Source of the DNA: Candidatus Sericytochromatia bacterium
Lineage (GTDB): Bacteria > Cyanobacteriota > Sericytochromatia > UBA7694
NCBI GenBank assembly: GCA_015272195.1
Contig: JACYMC010000046.1
Location: 4,139-68,138, forward strand
Reading direction: 5' to 3'
Length of the DNA stretch: 64,000 nucleotides
In this document: piece by piece, positions 27,488 through 37,061 of the stretch
Layout: each line of letters starts with the position of its first letter
How positions within the stretch are numbered: position 1 is the first letter of the stretch
Position numbers and translations under genes: made by a program
Notes under the pieces: model-generated
The model's input: the letters and a program-made list of their open reading frames with translations, nothing else
The model's database searches: none
What the model was told of the DNA's origin: nothing

Positions 27488-29497
27488 ATGAAACGCAAAC
27501 AGATCTTTTTTTCGGTCCTGGTTCTGCTCGGATTTGTGGGGCTTTGCCTGACGCTTTCAGCAACCCGCGCCGATCAGCCCTATCTCGCATCGCAGCAGTT
27601 CAAGGTGCTGTTTCAGGACATTCTGGGCCAGGCCCAGGCCAAATATCCGGATCGTGTGCTGCAGATAGATATCCAGGAGCTGCCGCCTGATTTGCGCACA
27701 GAAGCCGTACCCTTGCTGAAAAAATGGCATGAGAGCCATCCGGTGCCCGGCCAGCAGTTTCAGAGCCTACAGTTGCGCTGGCAGGAGATGCCGCATCGTG
27801 AACGCTTGCTTGCCAAGGCATCGTCCACAGCAGAGCCTTTACAGGCCAGTCGCCCCCGGATTCACTGGACCAGCGCCCTGCCGCCGTTAGTGGCTGTGAC
27901 CCTGGCCTTACTCACTCGACGTCTTGTGCTCTCGCTCTTTATGGCCATTCTGGTGGGCAGCGTGCTGGCGGCAGACTGGCAGCTCCTGCGCGGCAGTCTG
28001 GAGGTTTTCAGCCGCCATGGCTTTGCCGCTTTAAACGACTTTTTTCATATTCAGATTCTGCTCTTTGCCGGTTTTTTGATGGGCATGGTGGGCATTATGA
28101 ATGTCTCCGGGGGGACGCGCGGTATCGTCGAGGCTCTCAAACGCTTTATTTCCACCCGGCGCTCCACCAAAATGATGACCTGTATTATGGGCCTGCTGGT
28201 GTTTTTTGATGACTATGCCAACTCCTTTGTGATTGGTACCACCATGCGGCCGATCACCGACCGCATGAAAATCTCGCGCGAAAAACTGGCCTACCTGGTC
28301 GATTCTACGGCTGCACCGGTGTCGGGGCTGGCGATTATCTCCACCTGGATCGGTTATGAAGTGGGCCTGTTTCAGCAGGCGCTGGATCAGCTTGACGACG
28401 TCACATTGGGCGGCTATCAGGCTTTTATTATGGCCTTGCCCTTTCGCTTTTACTGTCTGCTGGCTTTGATCATGGTGTTTCTGGTGGTCTGGCTCAAACG
28501 GGATTTTGGGCCCATGTATCATGCGGAGCTGCGGGCCCTCAACGAAGGCCTGGTGCTGCGTGACGGGGCGACCCCCCTGACCTCCAAAACCTTTAACGGT
28601 CTGGAGGCTGACCCGGAGACGCCGCTGCGCTGGTATAACGCTGCTGTACCTGTGGTTTCGGTGATTTTGGCCACCCTGGCCGGCCTGTATATCACGGGTG
28701 GTGGGCTAAAAATCCTGCGCGATGACTGGACCCAGCTTTTTTCGATTCAAACCCTGGGCACGGTCTTTTCAAGCGCTGACAACGGTACGGTCCTGCTCTG
28801 GAGTTCCATGCTGGGTTGTCTGGTGGCCGCAGTGATGGTGCTGGCCCAGCGCCTGTTGAATCTGCGCCAGCTAACAGTAGCCTGGGCCAAGGGGGTCAGC
28901 TCGATTGGGTTGGCTTCAGCGATTCTGGTGCTGGCCTGGACCCTCAACAATGTCTCCACCGAAATTGGCACGGCCCCTTATCTGATTTCCATTTTCAGAG
29001 ATGTGGTGCAGCCCCTCTGGCTGCCCCTGCTGATTTTTGGCCTGGCCGGTGCGATTGCGTTTTCAACCGGCTCTTCCTGGAGCACGATGGCCATTCTGAT
29101 TCCGGTGGCGGTGCCGCTGGCCTATGAGCTGGGTGGCCCGCTGCTGATGCTGATTTCAATGGGCGCTGTCCTTGATGGTGCCATCTTTGGGGATCATTGC
29201 TCTCCCTTATCAGATACCACCATTCTGTCGTCGATTGCCTGCTCGGCAGATCATCTGGATCATGTCAAAACCCAGTTTCCTTATGCCGTGGTGATTATGC
29301 TGGTAGCCGCTGCTGTTTGCTATTTTCCCGCCAGTGCGGGCTGGTCGCCTTATTTGCTGGTGCCGCTGGGTGCGCTGGCGCTGGCTGGATTTTTGCTGCT
29401 GGTGGGCCGCAACCCGGAGGCCGCACAGCGTGTGCCCGACAGCCTGCCCAATCATCTGCGCAAACCCGAGCCCGCCCGTTACTGGAGCGAAAGCTGA
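27488..29497 (+). CDS. Na+/H+ antiporter NhaC-family protein with N-terminal soluble extension
   Basis: FFDDYAN, SREKLAYLVDSTAAP, GSSWSTM and GAIFGDHCSPLSDTTILSS motifs. Confidence 0.9.
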   Translation: MKRKQIFFSVLVLLGFVGLCLTLSATRADQPYLASQQFKVLFQDILGQAQAKYPDRVLQIDIQELPPDLRTEAVPLLKKWHESHPVPGQQFQSLQLRWQEMPHRERLLAKASSTAEPLQASRPRIHWTSALPPLVAVTLALLTRRLVLSLFMAILVGSVLAADWQLLRGSLEVFSRHGFAALNDFFHIQILLFAGFLMGMVGIMNVSGGTRGIVEALKRFISTRRSTKMMTCIMGLLVFFDDYANSFVIGTTMRPITDRMKISREKLAYLVDSTAAPVSGLAIISTWIGYEVGLFQQALDQLDDVTLGGYQAFIMALPFRFYCLLALIMVFLVVWLKRDFGPMYHAELRALNEGLVLRDGATPLTSKTFNGLEADPETPLRWYNAAVPVVSVILATLAGLYITGGGLKILRDDWTQLFSIQTLGTVFSSADNGTVLLWSSMLGCLVAAVMVLAQRLLNLRQLTVAWAKGVSSIGLASAILVLAWTLNNVSTEIGTAPYLISIFRDVVQPLWLPLLIFGLAGAIAFSTGSSWSTMAILIPVAVPLAYELGGPLLMLISMGAVLDGAIFGDHCSPLSDTTILSSIACSADHLDHVKTQFPYAVVIMLVAAAVCYFPASAGWSPYLLVPLGALALAGFLLLVGRNPEAAQRVPDSLPNHLRKPEPARYWSES

Positions 29498-29568
29498 TGT
29501 GATCCTTGCGCTGTCTGTGTTTGCTGGAATCGGTTATAATACCTGAAAGCCCTGTTCGGGAGGAAGCC

Positions 29569-32268
29569 ATGAAATTTCTGGATGAAACAGCCAAGGCGGC
29601 ACTGCGTGCTCCCAAGGGCATTTTTTGTCTGTGCCTGATTGTTTTTTCACTGGTGGTTTCGGGTATTTCCTTTTTTGCCGCTGTGGGCATGATTGGGCAA
29701 AACTTTGCGGGCTTTCGTCATGAGCCCACTCTGACTGTTTCGGCGGTGAACGAAGCCTACTGGTCGGGGCCCAAAGCTGGCATTCAGACCTATGACCGGA
29801 TTATGGCGGTCAACGGCCAGACCATTGAAACCCCCGAGCAATTTGAACACCTGATCCAGAGTACCCCTGTCGGCACCGAGCTGGAGTACCTGCTGGTGGC
29901 CAAAGCCAGTGGCGAAGAGCGCCGCCTGATGATTGCGGTGCAAACCTTCACCCTGTTTGACTTTTTGCGCAGCAGCTTTTTCCTGTTTTTTATTGTGGGC
30001 TTTCTGCATATTTTTGTGGGTGTAATTGCTTACCTGATCCGGCCAGAAAACCCGGCTTCCCGTGCGCATCTGTTTATGACCCTGGCCATTGGGGTGACCA
30101 GTACCCTGGTAAGTGACTATGACCTGACCATGCTGTTTCCACGGGTCTGGATGGCTGCTGTGGCGCTGACCGGCGGGGCCTGTCTGCATCTGGGCCTGTA
30201 CTTTCCGCAGAAAAAAAAGCTGGTGCAAAACAAGCCCTGGGTGATCTGGATTCCCTATGCCGTCAGTTTTGGCCTGCTGGGCGCCTGGCAGTTCTTTTTC
30301 AGGGAGCTGGGCTATGTCGGTTATGAACAGCAGGGTATTGTGCCTTATTTTGATCTGCACTTTATGTTTTACGATCTCTCGCTGGTCTGGTCGCTGCTGG
30401 TCGGCTTTATGGGACTGATCGGCCTGATTCTGCACTCCTGGCTCCGGGCTGAGTCCCGTCTGGTGGCCAACCAGGCCAAGGTGGCCCTGCTGGGGGCCGT
30501 GGTGGCTTATTTGCCCATGACCATTTTCTGGCTGATTATTGAGCAGTTGCTGCATATTCCCATCAGCCAGGCCCTGGCCACCATTTGCTGGCTGCTCTTT
30601 CTGGTCTTTCCGGTGGCGGTGGCCTATGCGATTGTCAAACACAAAATGTTTGATATTGACTTTGTGCTCAAACAGAGCATGACCTATTCGGCCCTGATTG
30701 CGCTGCTGGGCTCTGTATATGTTGCTTTGGCTGCGGGCTTGCAGCAAATGTTTGCACCGATTATGAGCAGTAACTCCGAGCTGACCGCTTATATGATCAC
30801 CACAGCTGTGATTATTCTGCTGTTTGAACCCCTGAAGCTCAATATCCGTCAGGTGATTGATACCCGATTCTTTCGCAATAAATACGATTTTCGCCAGGCC
30901 CTGAGTGAGTTTATTGACGCGGCCCGTGGCACGATCAAAGTCGAGGAGCTGACCCCCAAACTGGTGGAAGTGGTCGAAAAAACCATTCATCCCAAGCATA
31001 TTCTGTTGTTTTTAAAGAATCCGGCCAGTAATACCCTGCAGCAGGCTTACAGCCATGGCCTGAACCTGCAGCTCAAAGATGAAATCCCGCTGGATGATGT
31101 GACCCTGCTGGCCGCCCTCGGCCTGGCCCGCCCCAAAAAGAGCCTCACCACCCGGCTCACGGGTGCGCTGAACCTGGGCGGCCTGGCCCAGCAGGGGCCT
31201 TTGCCCTCGCCCATTCCTTTTTTGCTGGCCAAGCGCATTACCAAAGAATTGCCCAGCCAGGAAGAAATGGAGGCGATTCAGAACAGCCTTACCTTGCCTT
31301 TGACCGTCAGGGTTGAGCAGGCCAATGGCGATTACCGCGACGATATTATTGGTTTACTCACCCTGGGTGAAAAACGCTCTGAGATGGATTACACCATCGA
31401 AGACCGTCAGCTTTTTCAGAGCATTGGCCAGCAGCTGGCCCTGACCCTGCACGCGGCCCAGCTGGCCGAAGAAGTGGCCGAAAAAGAAGTCATCAAACAG
31501 ACCCTGCAAAAGGCCCGCGTGATTCAGCGCTCCATGCTGCCGGATCAGGAGCCTGAGCTGAGCTGTTTTGAGGTGACGGGTTACTCCGAGTCTGCCGATG
31601 AAACCGGGGGCGATTATTATGACTGGTACCAGATTGATGATCAGCGCTTTATTGTGGGCGTGGGGGATGTGACTGGCCACGGGATTGATGCCGCCATGAT
31701 TGTGAGTATGGCCAAGAGCTGTTTGTATAATCAGGCGGCCCTGGAGCCAGGTGTACTGCCCGTCATGGCCGCTTTAAACCGCACCATTAATGAGGTTTCG
31801 CGCCGTACGGATCGCAGCAGCCGCAAGCTGATGTCTTTTGTTTATGCCTATTTTGACGGCGCTGCCATGACCTGTAAGCTGGCGTCTGCCGGGCACTGGT
31901 TTCCGTATCACTACCGGGCCCAGACCAAAGAGATCACCAATTACCCGGAGTTTCAGGGCACCTTCCCCCTGGGCCAGCGTCCGCCTGAAAAGTTTCGCTG
32001 CAGCGAAAACGAGGTCCAGCTGGGTGTCGGGGATGTGCTGTTTTTCTTTACCGACGGCCTGCATGAAGCTGAAAACAGCAACGGTCAGCCCTACGACTTT
32101 GAGCGCATTGAGCAATTGCTGAACTGGTATGGTGATCTCTCTGCTCATGAGATCAAAGAACGCTTTCAGCAGGACTTTGAACAGCATATTGTGGGCCGGG
32201 GCATGGACGACGATATTACCCTGGTGGTGGTCAAAGTCACGGAAACAGAAAAGGTGGAACTGGCCTGA
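29569..32268 (+). CDS. PDZ - multi-TM - GAF-like - PP2C/SpoIIE Ser/Thr phosphatase
   Basis: ATG 29569 with GGAGG SD. PDZ (AGIQTYDRIMAVNG), many TM helices, SpoIIE motifs GGDYYD, GDVTGHG, FFTDGL and DDITLVV. Confidence 0.88.
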   Translation: MKFLDETAKAALRAPKGIFCLCLIVFSLVVSGISFFAAVGMIGQNFAGFRHEPTLTVSAVNEAYWSGPKAGIQTYDRIMAVNGQTIETPEQFEHLIQSTPVGTELEYLLVAKASGEERRLMIAVQTFTLFDFLRSSFFLFFIVGFLHIFVGVIAYLIRPENPASRAHLFMTLAIGVTSTLVSDYDLTMLFPRVWMAAVALTGGACLHLGLYFPQKKKLVQNKPWVIWIPYAVSFGLLGAWQFFFRELGYVGYEQQGIVPYFDLHFMFYDLSLVWSLLVGFMGLIGLILHSWLRAESRLVANQAKVALLGAVVAYLPMTIFWLIIEQLLHIPISQALATICWLLFLVFPVAVAYAIVKHKMFDIDFVLKQSMTYSALIALLGSVYVALAAGLQQMFAPIMSSNSELTAYMITTAVIILLFEPLKLNIRQVIDTRFFRNKYDFRQALSEFIDAARGTIKVEELTPKLVEVVEKTIHPKHILLFLKNPASNTLQQAYSHGLNLQLKDEIPLDDVTLLAALGLARPKKSLTTRLTGALNLGGLAQQGPLPSPIPFLLAKRITKELPSQEEMEAIQNSLTLPLTVRVEQANGDYRDDIIGLLTLGEKRSEMDYTIEDRQLFQSIGQQLALTLHAAQLAEEVAEKEVIKQTLQKARVIQRSMLPDQEPELSCFEVTGYSESADETGGDYYDWYQIDDQRFIVGVGDVTGHGIDAAMIVSMAKSCLYNQAALEPGVLPVMAALNRTINEVSRRTDRSSRKLMSFVYAYFDGAAMTCKLASAGHWFPYHYRAQTKEITNYPEFQGTFPLGQRPPEKFRCSENEVQLGVGDVLFFFTDGLHEAENSNGQPYDFERIEQLLNWYGDLSAHEIKERFQQDFEQHIVGRGMDDDITLVVVKVTETEKVELA

Positions 32269-32373
32269 GCTGTATTATTCTTTTATTAAGAATCAGTAAA
32301 TCGACACATGATGGGCTGATTGCCCGCCGATATACCCATTAAGCAAAAATCAAGTGTTCAAAGGAGATTCCCT

Positions 32374-32889
32374 ATGAGTCTGGTTAATAACTTCAAAAAT
32401 ATGTCCCATGCTGCCCTGCATGCTCTGAAACCCAACAAAACCAATGAGCCCGCCGCAGCGCCTCCTAAAAACGAAACCACCAAACCCGCTGCCAGCTCTC
32501 TGCAGCAGACGGAGTCTCTCTCAACCAAGCCCACCCGTCAGGGTACCGCGCAGATCAGTCTGCCCCAGGATAACGACAAAATGATTGAAGCCTGGGGTAA
32601 AGCAGGCAAAGGCAAAAAGCTGGAGCTGGGTAAAGGTGAAGGCCTGGCGCCCTTGCAGGACGTGATGAAGTATGCCAGCAGCAAGTACTCAGCTGCTGAA
32701 ATGGATACCATCCGCGACTTTATGAGCAGCATTGGCAAAGAGTACGGCAGCAAAGATATCAACTTCATTCTGGCTGACGGTATCCGCAAAACCGGTATTA
32801 CGGCTGAACAGGTTGATATGATTGCCAAAGGGGACTTCACCTCCTCTGCTTATGTCGACATGGTCAAAGACGGTCAGGCCATCGGATAA
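32374..32889 (+). CDS. Hypothetical protein with low-complexity N-terminus
   Basis: ATG 32374 with AAGGAG SD and highly-expressed-style codon usage. Followed by a terminator. Confidence 0.7.
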   Translation: MSLVNNFKNMSHAALHALKPNKTNEPAAAPPKNETTKPAASSLQQTESLSTKPTRQGTAQISLPQDNDKMIEAWGKAGKGKKLELGKGEGLAPLQDVMKYASSKYSAAEMDTIRDFMSSIGKEYGSKDINFILADGIRKTGITAEQVDMIAKGDFTSSAYVDMVKDGQAIG

Positions 32890-32909
32890 GCGCTGAACGT
32901 TTAGCTTAC

Positions 32910-32947
32910 TCAGGTTGATCATCTGATCAACCTGAAGTCTTTTTTTG
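32910..32947 (+). terminator. Rho-independent terminator
   Basis: Inverted repeat TCAGGTTGATCA/TGATCAACCTGA followed by a T-tract. Confidence 0.85.
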
Positions 32948-32963
32948 CGTAAGGGAGAAGAAC

Positions 32964-34010
32964 ATGCTTGGCCAAAGCACAGCTTCAGGGTATAAAGAGG
33001 GTATGGAAACCAGACGATTTCAGCGCATTCAGGGAGCCACTTCCTGGATGTCACTTGAACATACCAATGTTGGCCTTTATGTCCACAAAAAAAAAGCGGT
33101 GCTGATCGACAGCGGTTATAATGAAGCTGAAGCCCAGTGGATTGGTGATCTTCTCGAAAGTGAAGTCCTGAAGCTTGAAGCCATTCTCAATACCCATGCA
33201 CACCCTGACAATTCAGGCGGCTCCTATTATTTAAAAAAGCGCTTTGGCTGCAAAGTTTATATCAGTCAGGCCCAACGCAATTTTTTGGAAAACCCCGGGC
33301 GCTCCAATTATATTTCGATGGTTCAGGCCGCGGTGGCCAAAGAAAAAGAGCAGCTTGAAGCACAGACCGCCCCGGAAGAAACCGCTGCCAACGATGAAAC
33401 GCCCGTGTTGCCACCTGAGCTCAGTGACGCACCTTTTTTGAAGCGGGCCGTGATCCAGCCAAAACCCTGTCTGGTGGATGGCGTGCTGAATCCTAACCGT
33501 CCTTTTGTGATGTCGACGGGCAAAAGCTTTCAGATTGTGGATCTTTCTGGCCATGTGCTCGGGCAGTATGGCATTGTCACGCCCGATCAGGTCTTTTTTA
33601 TTGCGGATTCGCTCTACACTTTTGATGAGCTGAGCGCCCAGCCCATTCCCTACCTTGAGAGCGTGGAACAGTTCAGAAAAACCCTCGATCTCCTGCTCAA
33701 AACACCCTACTCTGACTTTGTCCCTACCCACGGCAAGCCGCTGGCTTTCAGTATCAATGACGAGGTGCTGTTTCATCAGCGCCAGATTGAAATGATTGAG
33801 CAGGCTATTATTCTGCATTTGCAGATGCCCCACACCAAAGAGGAGCTGACGGCTTTGCTGTTTGCCACTTTCGAGATTGAGCAGACCATTCCCAATTTTT
33901 ATATGATGACCGCGACCATTGTCTCTTTTCTGAACTTTTTAAAGCGCCAGGGACGCATCACCATTATTCACGAAGACGGCAAAACGCGCTGGTTTGTCAA
34001 GCAAAAATAA
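32964..34010 (+). CDS. Metallo-beta-lactamase-fold hydrolase
   Basis: VLIDSG, THAHPDN (HxHxD), SGH and PTHG motifs. Confidence 0.85.
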   Translation: MLGQSTASGYKEGMETRRFQRIQGATSWMSLEHTNVGLYVHKKKAVLIDSGYNEAEAQWIGDLLESEVLKLEAILNTHAHPDNSGGSYYLKKRFGCKVYISQAQRNFLENPGRSNYISMVQAAVAKEKEQLEAQTAPEETAANDETPVLPPELSDAPFLKRAVIQPKPCLVDGVLNPNRPFVMSTGKSFQIVDLSGHVLGQYGIVTPDQVFFIADSLYTFDELSAQPIPYLESVEQFRKTLDLLLKTPYSDFVPTHGKPLAFSINDEVLFHQRQIEMIEQAIILHLQMPHTKEELTALLFATFEIEQTIPNFYMMTATIVSFLNFLKRQGRITIIHEDGKTRWFVKQK

Positions 34011-34116
34011 AAGCCGCCAAATGTAACGCTTAACCTATAGATCCATTTTGGGTTTATGTTATGATAAGGGCTATGAATAAGGCACAGTTCGGCCCTTAAA
34101 CACTTAAACATCAGTT

Positions 34117-34968
34117 ATGTCACCGCTACAGCGCGAATTACAACTGGTCAAAAACATTGCCGTCGAGGCGGGAAAGATTATCCTTTCTCACTATGATACG
34201 GATTATCAGGTGCAAATGAAAAGCGGTGAAGAACCCGTCACCATTGCCGACAAAACCTCCAGCCGCTATATTGTCAACGCCCTGCAACAAGCCTACCCCA
34301 ACGACGCCATTGTGTCTGAGGAAAACGATCTGCCGACCAATCTCAAAACAGCCGAGCGCATCTGGGTGATCGATCCGATGGATGGCACCAAAGAGTTTAT
34401 TAAGCATAACGGTGAGTTTGCCGTGATGATTGGTCTGGTTCAGGCCGGTGATCCGGTGCTGGGGGTGGTGTATCAGCCGGTAAACGAAAAAATGTACTGG
34501 GGCATTCATGGGCAGGGAGCCTTTATGGCGCAAACCCACATACAGACCCCCCTTCAGCTGAAAGTTTCTGGCGAAGATAAGCTTAAAGCCCTGCGCATTG
34601 CCGCCAGTCGCTCCCACTACACCCCTGAAATCAAAAATATCTACCGTGCCCTGGGGCTGAATAATGTGGTTCAGTCCGGCAGTCTGGGCCTCAAATTTGC
34701 CATGATTGCGCGCCAGATCTGCGATATCTACTTCAACCTTTCGAACGTCACCTCCTGTTGGGACACCTGTGCGCCCGAAGTGATTCTGAAAGAAGCGGGC
34801 GGTCGCATCAGCAATCTGTCGGGTACCCGCCTGACCTATACTTTCAGCCATGTTAAAAACCGCAATGGGGTGATTGCAACCAACGGTCCCATTCACGATT
34901 ATCTGGTTGAAAAAATTCAGGATCTGCTGATTCAGCGGGCTAAATCCCAGCTGGCAACCTTTCAGTAG
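34117..34968 (+). CDS. cysQ: 3'(2'),5'-bisphosphate nucleotidase CysQ (inositol monophosphatase family)
   Basis: PVTIAD, SEE, WVIDPMDGTKEF, ASRSH, GSLGLK and WDTCAP motifs. Confidence 0.9.
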   Translation: MSPLQRELQLVKNIAVEAGKIILSHYDTDYQVQMKSGEEPVTIADKTSSRYIVNALQQAYPNDAIVSEENDLPTNLKTAERIWVIDPMDGTKEFIKHNGEFAVMIGLVQAGDPVLGVVYQPVNEKMYWGIHGQGAFMAQTHIQTPLQLKVSGEDKLKALRIAASRSHYTPEIKNIYRALGLNNVVQSGSLGLKFAMIARQICDIYFNLSNVTSCWDTCAPEVILKEAGGRISNLSGTRLTYTFSHVKNRNGVIATNGPIHDYLVEKIQDLLIQRAKSQLATFQ

Positions 34969-34969
34969 T

Positions 34970-35725
34970 TCAGGCTTTTTTCTCTAAAAAACCCTGCATA
35001 ATGCGGCGGCTTTCGGGATGCGCCAGGCAGTCGGCCAGGGCGTTTTCCTGATGGGCATAACCCACGGCGTGACCGGACTCCAGGGTGCGCTGAATGACTT
35101 CTTTGGCCCAGACCAGGGCGTGGCGGGGCGCTTGCATCAGTTCGCTGGCAAGCTGCTGTGCCCCTTCCAGGGCGTTTGTTTCAACCAGACGATCGGCCAG
35201 ATGATAGTTAAAGGCATTCTGGGCTGTGAGGGTACGTCCGGTCAGGATCAGCTCCCGGCCCCGGGCCGGGCCGCAAACCTGTAAAAGGCGCTGAATATTG
35301 CCAAAGGGCGGAACCAGACCGTTGTGGACCGCCAGCTGCCCCAGCCGTGCGCTGGCAGAAATCACCCGAAAGTCGCAGGCCAGCGCGAGGGAAAACCCTG
35401 CACCCAGGGCATAGCCTTCGATGGCTGCAATCACGGGAATGGGATAGTTTTCGATGGTCTGGGTCAGTTCCTGCCCCAGCTCGATATAAGCAGGGATATC
35501 TGCCAGCTGCAGCAGTTCGTTCATATCAGCCCCGGCACAAAAAGCGCGCTGTGAACCTGACAGAATCACAACATGGAGATCGGGAACGTCACGCTGGCTT
35601 TGCAGCAGTTTGAGCAGCCCCTGCAGCGTGGCTACACTCAGCAGATTCAGGCCCTTGTGACCGTCCAGCTGAAACACAGTGACCGGACCCGGGCTGATCC
35701 GGATCTGTGTGGTTTCACTCGGCAT
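34970..35725 (-). CDS. Enoyl-CoA hydratase/isomerase family protein
   Basis: AFCAGADM and PVIAAIEGYALGAG..LALACDFR motifs. Confidence 0.88.
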   Translation of the reverse strand: MPSETTQIRISPGPVTVFQLDGHKGLNLLSVATLQGLLKLLQSQRDVPDLHVVILSGSQRAFCAGADMNELLQLADIPAYIELGQELTQTIENYPIPVIAAIEGYALGAGFSLALACDFRVISASARLGQLAVHNGLVPPFGNIQRLLQVCGPARGRELILTGRTLTAQNAFNYHLADRLVETNALEGAQQLASELMQAPRHALVWAKEVIQRTLESGHAVGYAHQENALADCLAHPESRRIMQGFLEKKA

Positions 35726-36437
35726 CGTTATCCGGGCTGGACAGGTGGTAATTCTGGAACATATAACCGGTACCGCGTGCAGTCAGAATCAGCTCAGGCT
35801 CAGACACATCGGCTTCCAGTTTGCTGCGCAGGCGGCTGACGTGCACGTCGACCACCCGTGTATCGGAGTATTGATTCGAACGATAGCCCCAGACCTGCTG
35901 CAGAATCTCATTGCGGGTAAAGGGTTTGCCCGGGTGCAGCACCAGCAGCTCCAGCAGACTGAATTCCATTTCGGTTAGCTTGACCCGCTCACCTTTGAGA
36001 AAAACCTGGCGTTTGATCAGATCGATCAGAATGTTTTCAACTTCAATACTGGCTGGTTTTAAGGGGCTGAGCATGGTCCGGCGCAATACCGCTTTGATGC
36101 GGGCTTCAAGCTCGCGGGGGCTGAAGGGTTTGGTGACATAGTCATCGGCCCCCATTTCAAGGGCATTGATGCGATCGGGGATTTCTCCTTTGGCCGTCAG
36201 CATAATGATCGGCAAAGAGTTTTGCTTGCGAATCTCCCGGCAGACCTGCAGGCCGTCCATGCGGGGCATCATAATATCCAGAACGATCAGGTCCGGGCGT
36301 TCTTTGCCATAAACAGCCAGGGCTTCTTCGCCGTCAGCGGCGGTGACTACTTCAAAACCAGCCATATTCAGACGTGCTTCAACAATCTGGCGGATGCTTG
36401 CTTCATCGTCAACAACCAGTATTTTTCCTTTGTTCAC
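35715..36437 (-). CDS. rpaB: OmpR-family response regulator, RpaB/Ycf27-like
   Basis: KILVVDDEASIR, KPFSPRELEARI, LTEMEFSLLELLV, DTRVVDVHVSRLRSKLE and PELILTARGTGYMFQ, all closely matching the cyanobacterial RpaB sequence as recalled. Confidence 0.8.
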   Translation of the reverse strand: MNKGKILVVDDEASIRQIVEARLNMAGFEVVTAADGEEALAVYGKERPDLIVLDIMMPRMDGLQVCREIRKQNSLPIIMLTAKGEIPDRINALEMGADDYVTKPFSPRELEARIKAVLRRTMLSPLKPASIEVENILIDLIKRQVFLKGERVKLTEMEFSLLELLVLHPGKPFTRNEILQQVWGYRSNQYSDTRVVDVHVSRLRSKLEADVSEPELILTARGTGYMFQNYHLSSPDNDAE

Positions 36438-37000
36438 CTGCTCATCTCCCGCTCTGATTGCTCAGTGTATCTTTGGTAGTCTTTATGTAACAAATAAAAG
36501 CTGGCCTGCCAGAGTTGCTGGCGCAGGCTGTCTGTCTGGGCTGGGCTTAGGCCGTAGGCCGTGAGTGCACCCTGAGGCAGGCGGGCTAACTGGGGCAGCA
36601 GCGGCTGACCGACGCCCCGCATTTCGGGCCCCATCAGGCGCAAAGACCTGGACTGACTGACCACGCGCTGCCAGCGCAGCTGGGCGCCTGACCAGATCTC
36701 CAGTCCGACCTTGACCTTCAGAGACAGCTGCTGTTCGTCCAGACGCGTTTGCATCCAGTAAAAGGGCTGGGGGTTTTCGGCTTCAACGGCGAGTAAGCGC
36801 ACAACCTGCATTTCGTCAGGGGCCAGTGGCAGCTGCCAGAGACCGTGAGACTGAAGGGCCTGGGCAAAAGGTGTCGCCATAGCCATCTCTACACCCGGTG
36901 CCAGATAGATCTGGCGGCGGGCGTCTGCGGCCTGACAGGCCATGCTGTTCAGTATCAGCAGAGCGACCGTCAGAATTACTTGCTTTACATAGAGACACAT
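36434..37000 (-). CDS. Exported hypothetical protein (possible lipoprotein)
   Basis: Hydrophobic N-terminus with MAC. Overlaps rpaB by 4 nt. Confidence 0.6.
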   Translation of the reverse strand: MCLYVKQVILTVALLILNSMACQAADARRQIYLAPGVEMAMATPFAQALQSHGLWQLPLAPDEMQVVRLLAVEAENPQPFYWMQTRLDEQQLSLKVKVGLEIWSGAQLRWQRVVSQSRSLRLMGPEMRGVGQPLLPQLARLPQGALTAYGLSPAQTDSLRQQLWQASFYLLHKDYQRYTEQSEREMSR

Positions 37001-37032
37001 TTCGTTGCAATCATTAATAGTTAATAGAAGCT

Positions 37033-37061
37033 ATTATACCCCGCCCTTTATTGAATCACAA
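37033..37061 (-). promoter_or_regulatory. sigma70 promoter for the hypothetical-rpaB-ECH unit
   Basis: Minus strand TTGTGA, N17, TATAAT. The -35 lies inside the fliL 3' end. Confidence 0.6.

Noticed and set aside
34021-34036. Exact cyanobacterial Pho-box unit CTTAACCT / HLR1 half-site ATGTAAC upstream of cysQ
   Set aside because: Single half-sites without a correctly spaced (10-11 bp) partner. Expected by chance in AT-rich DNA.
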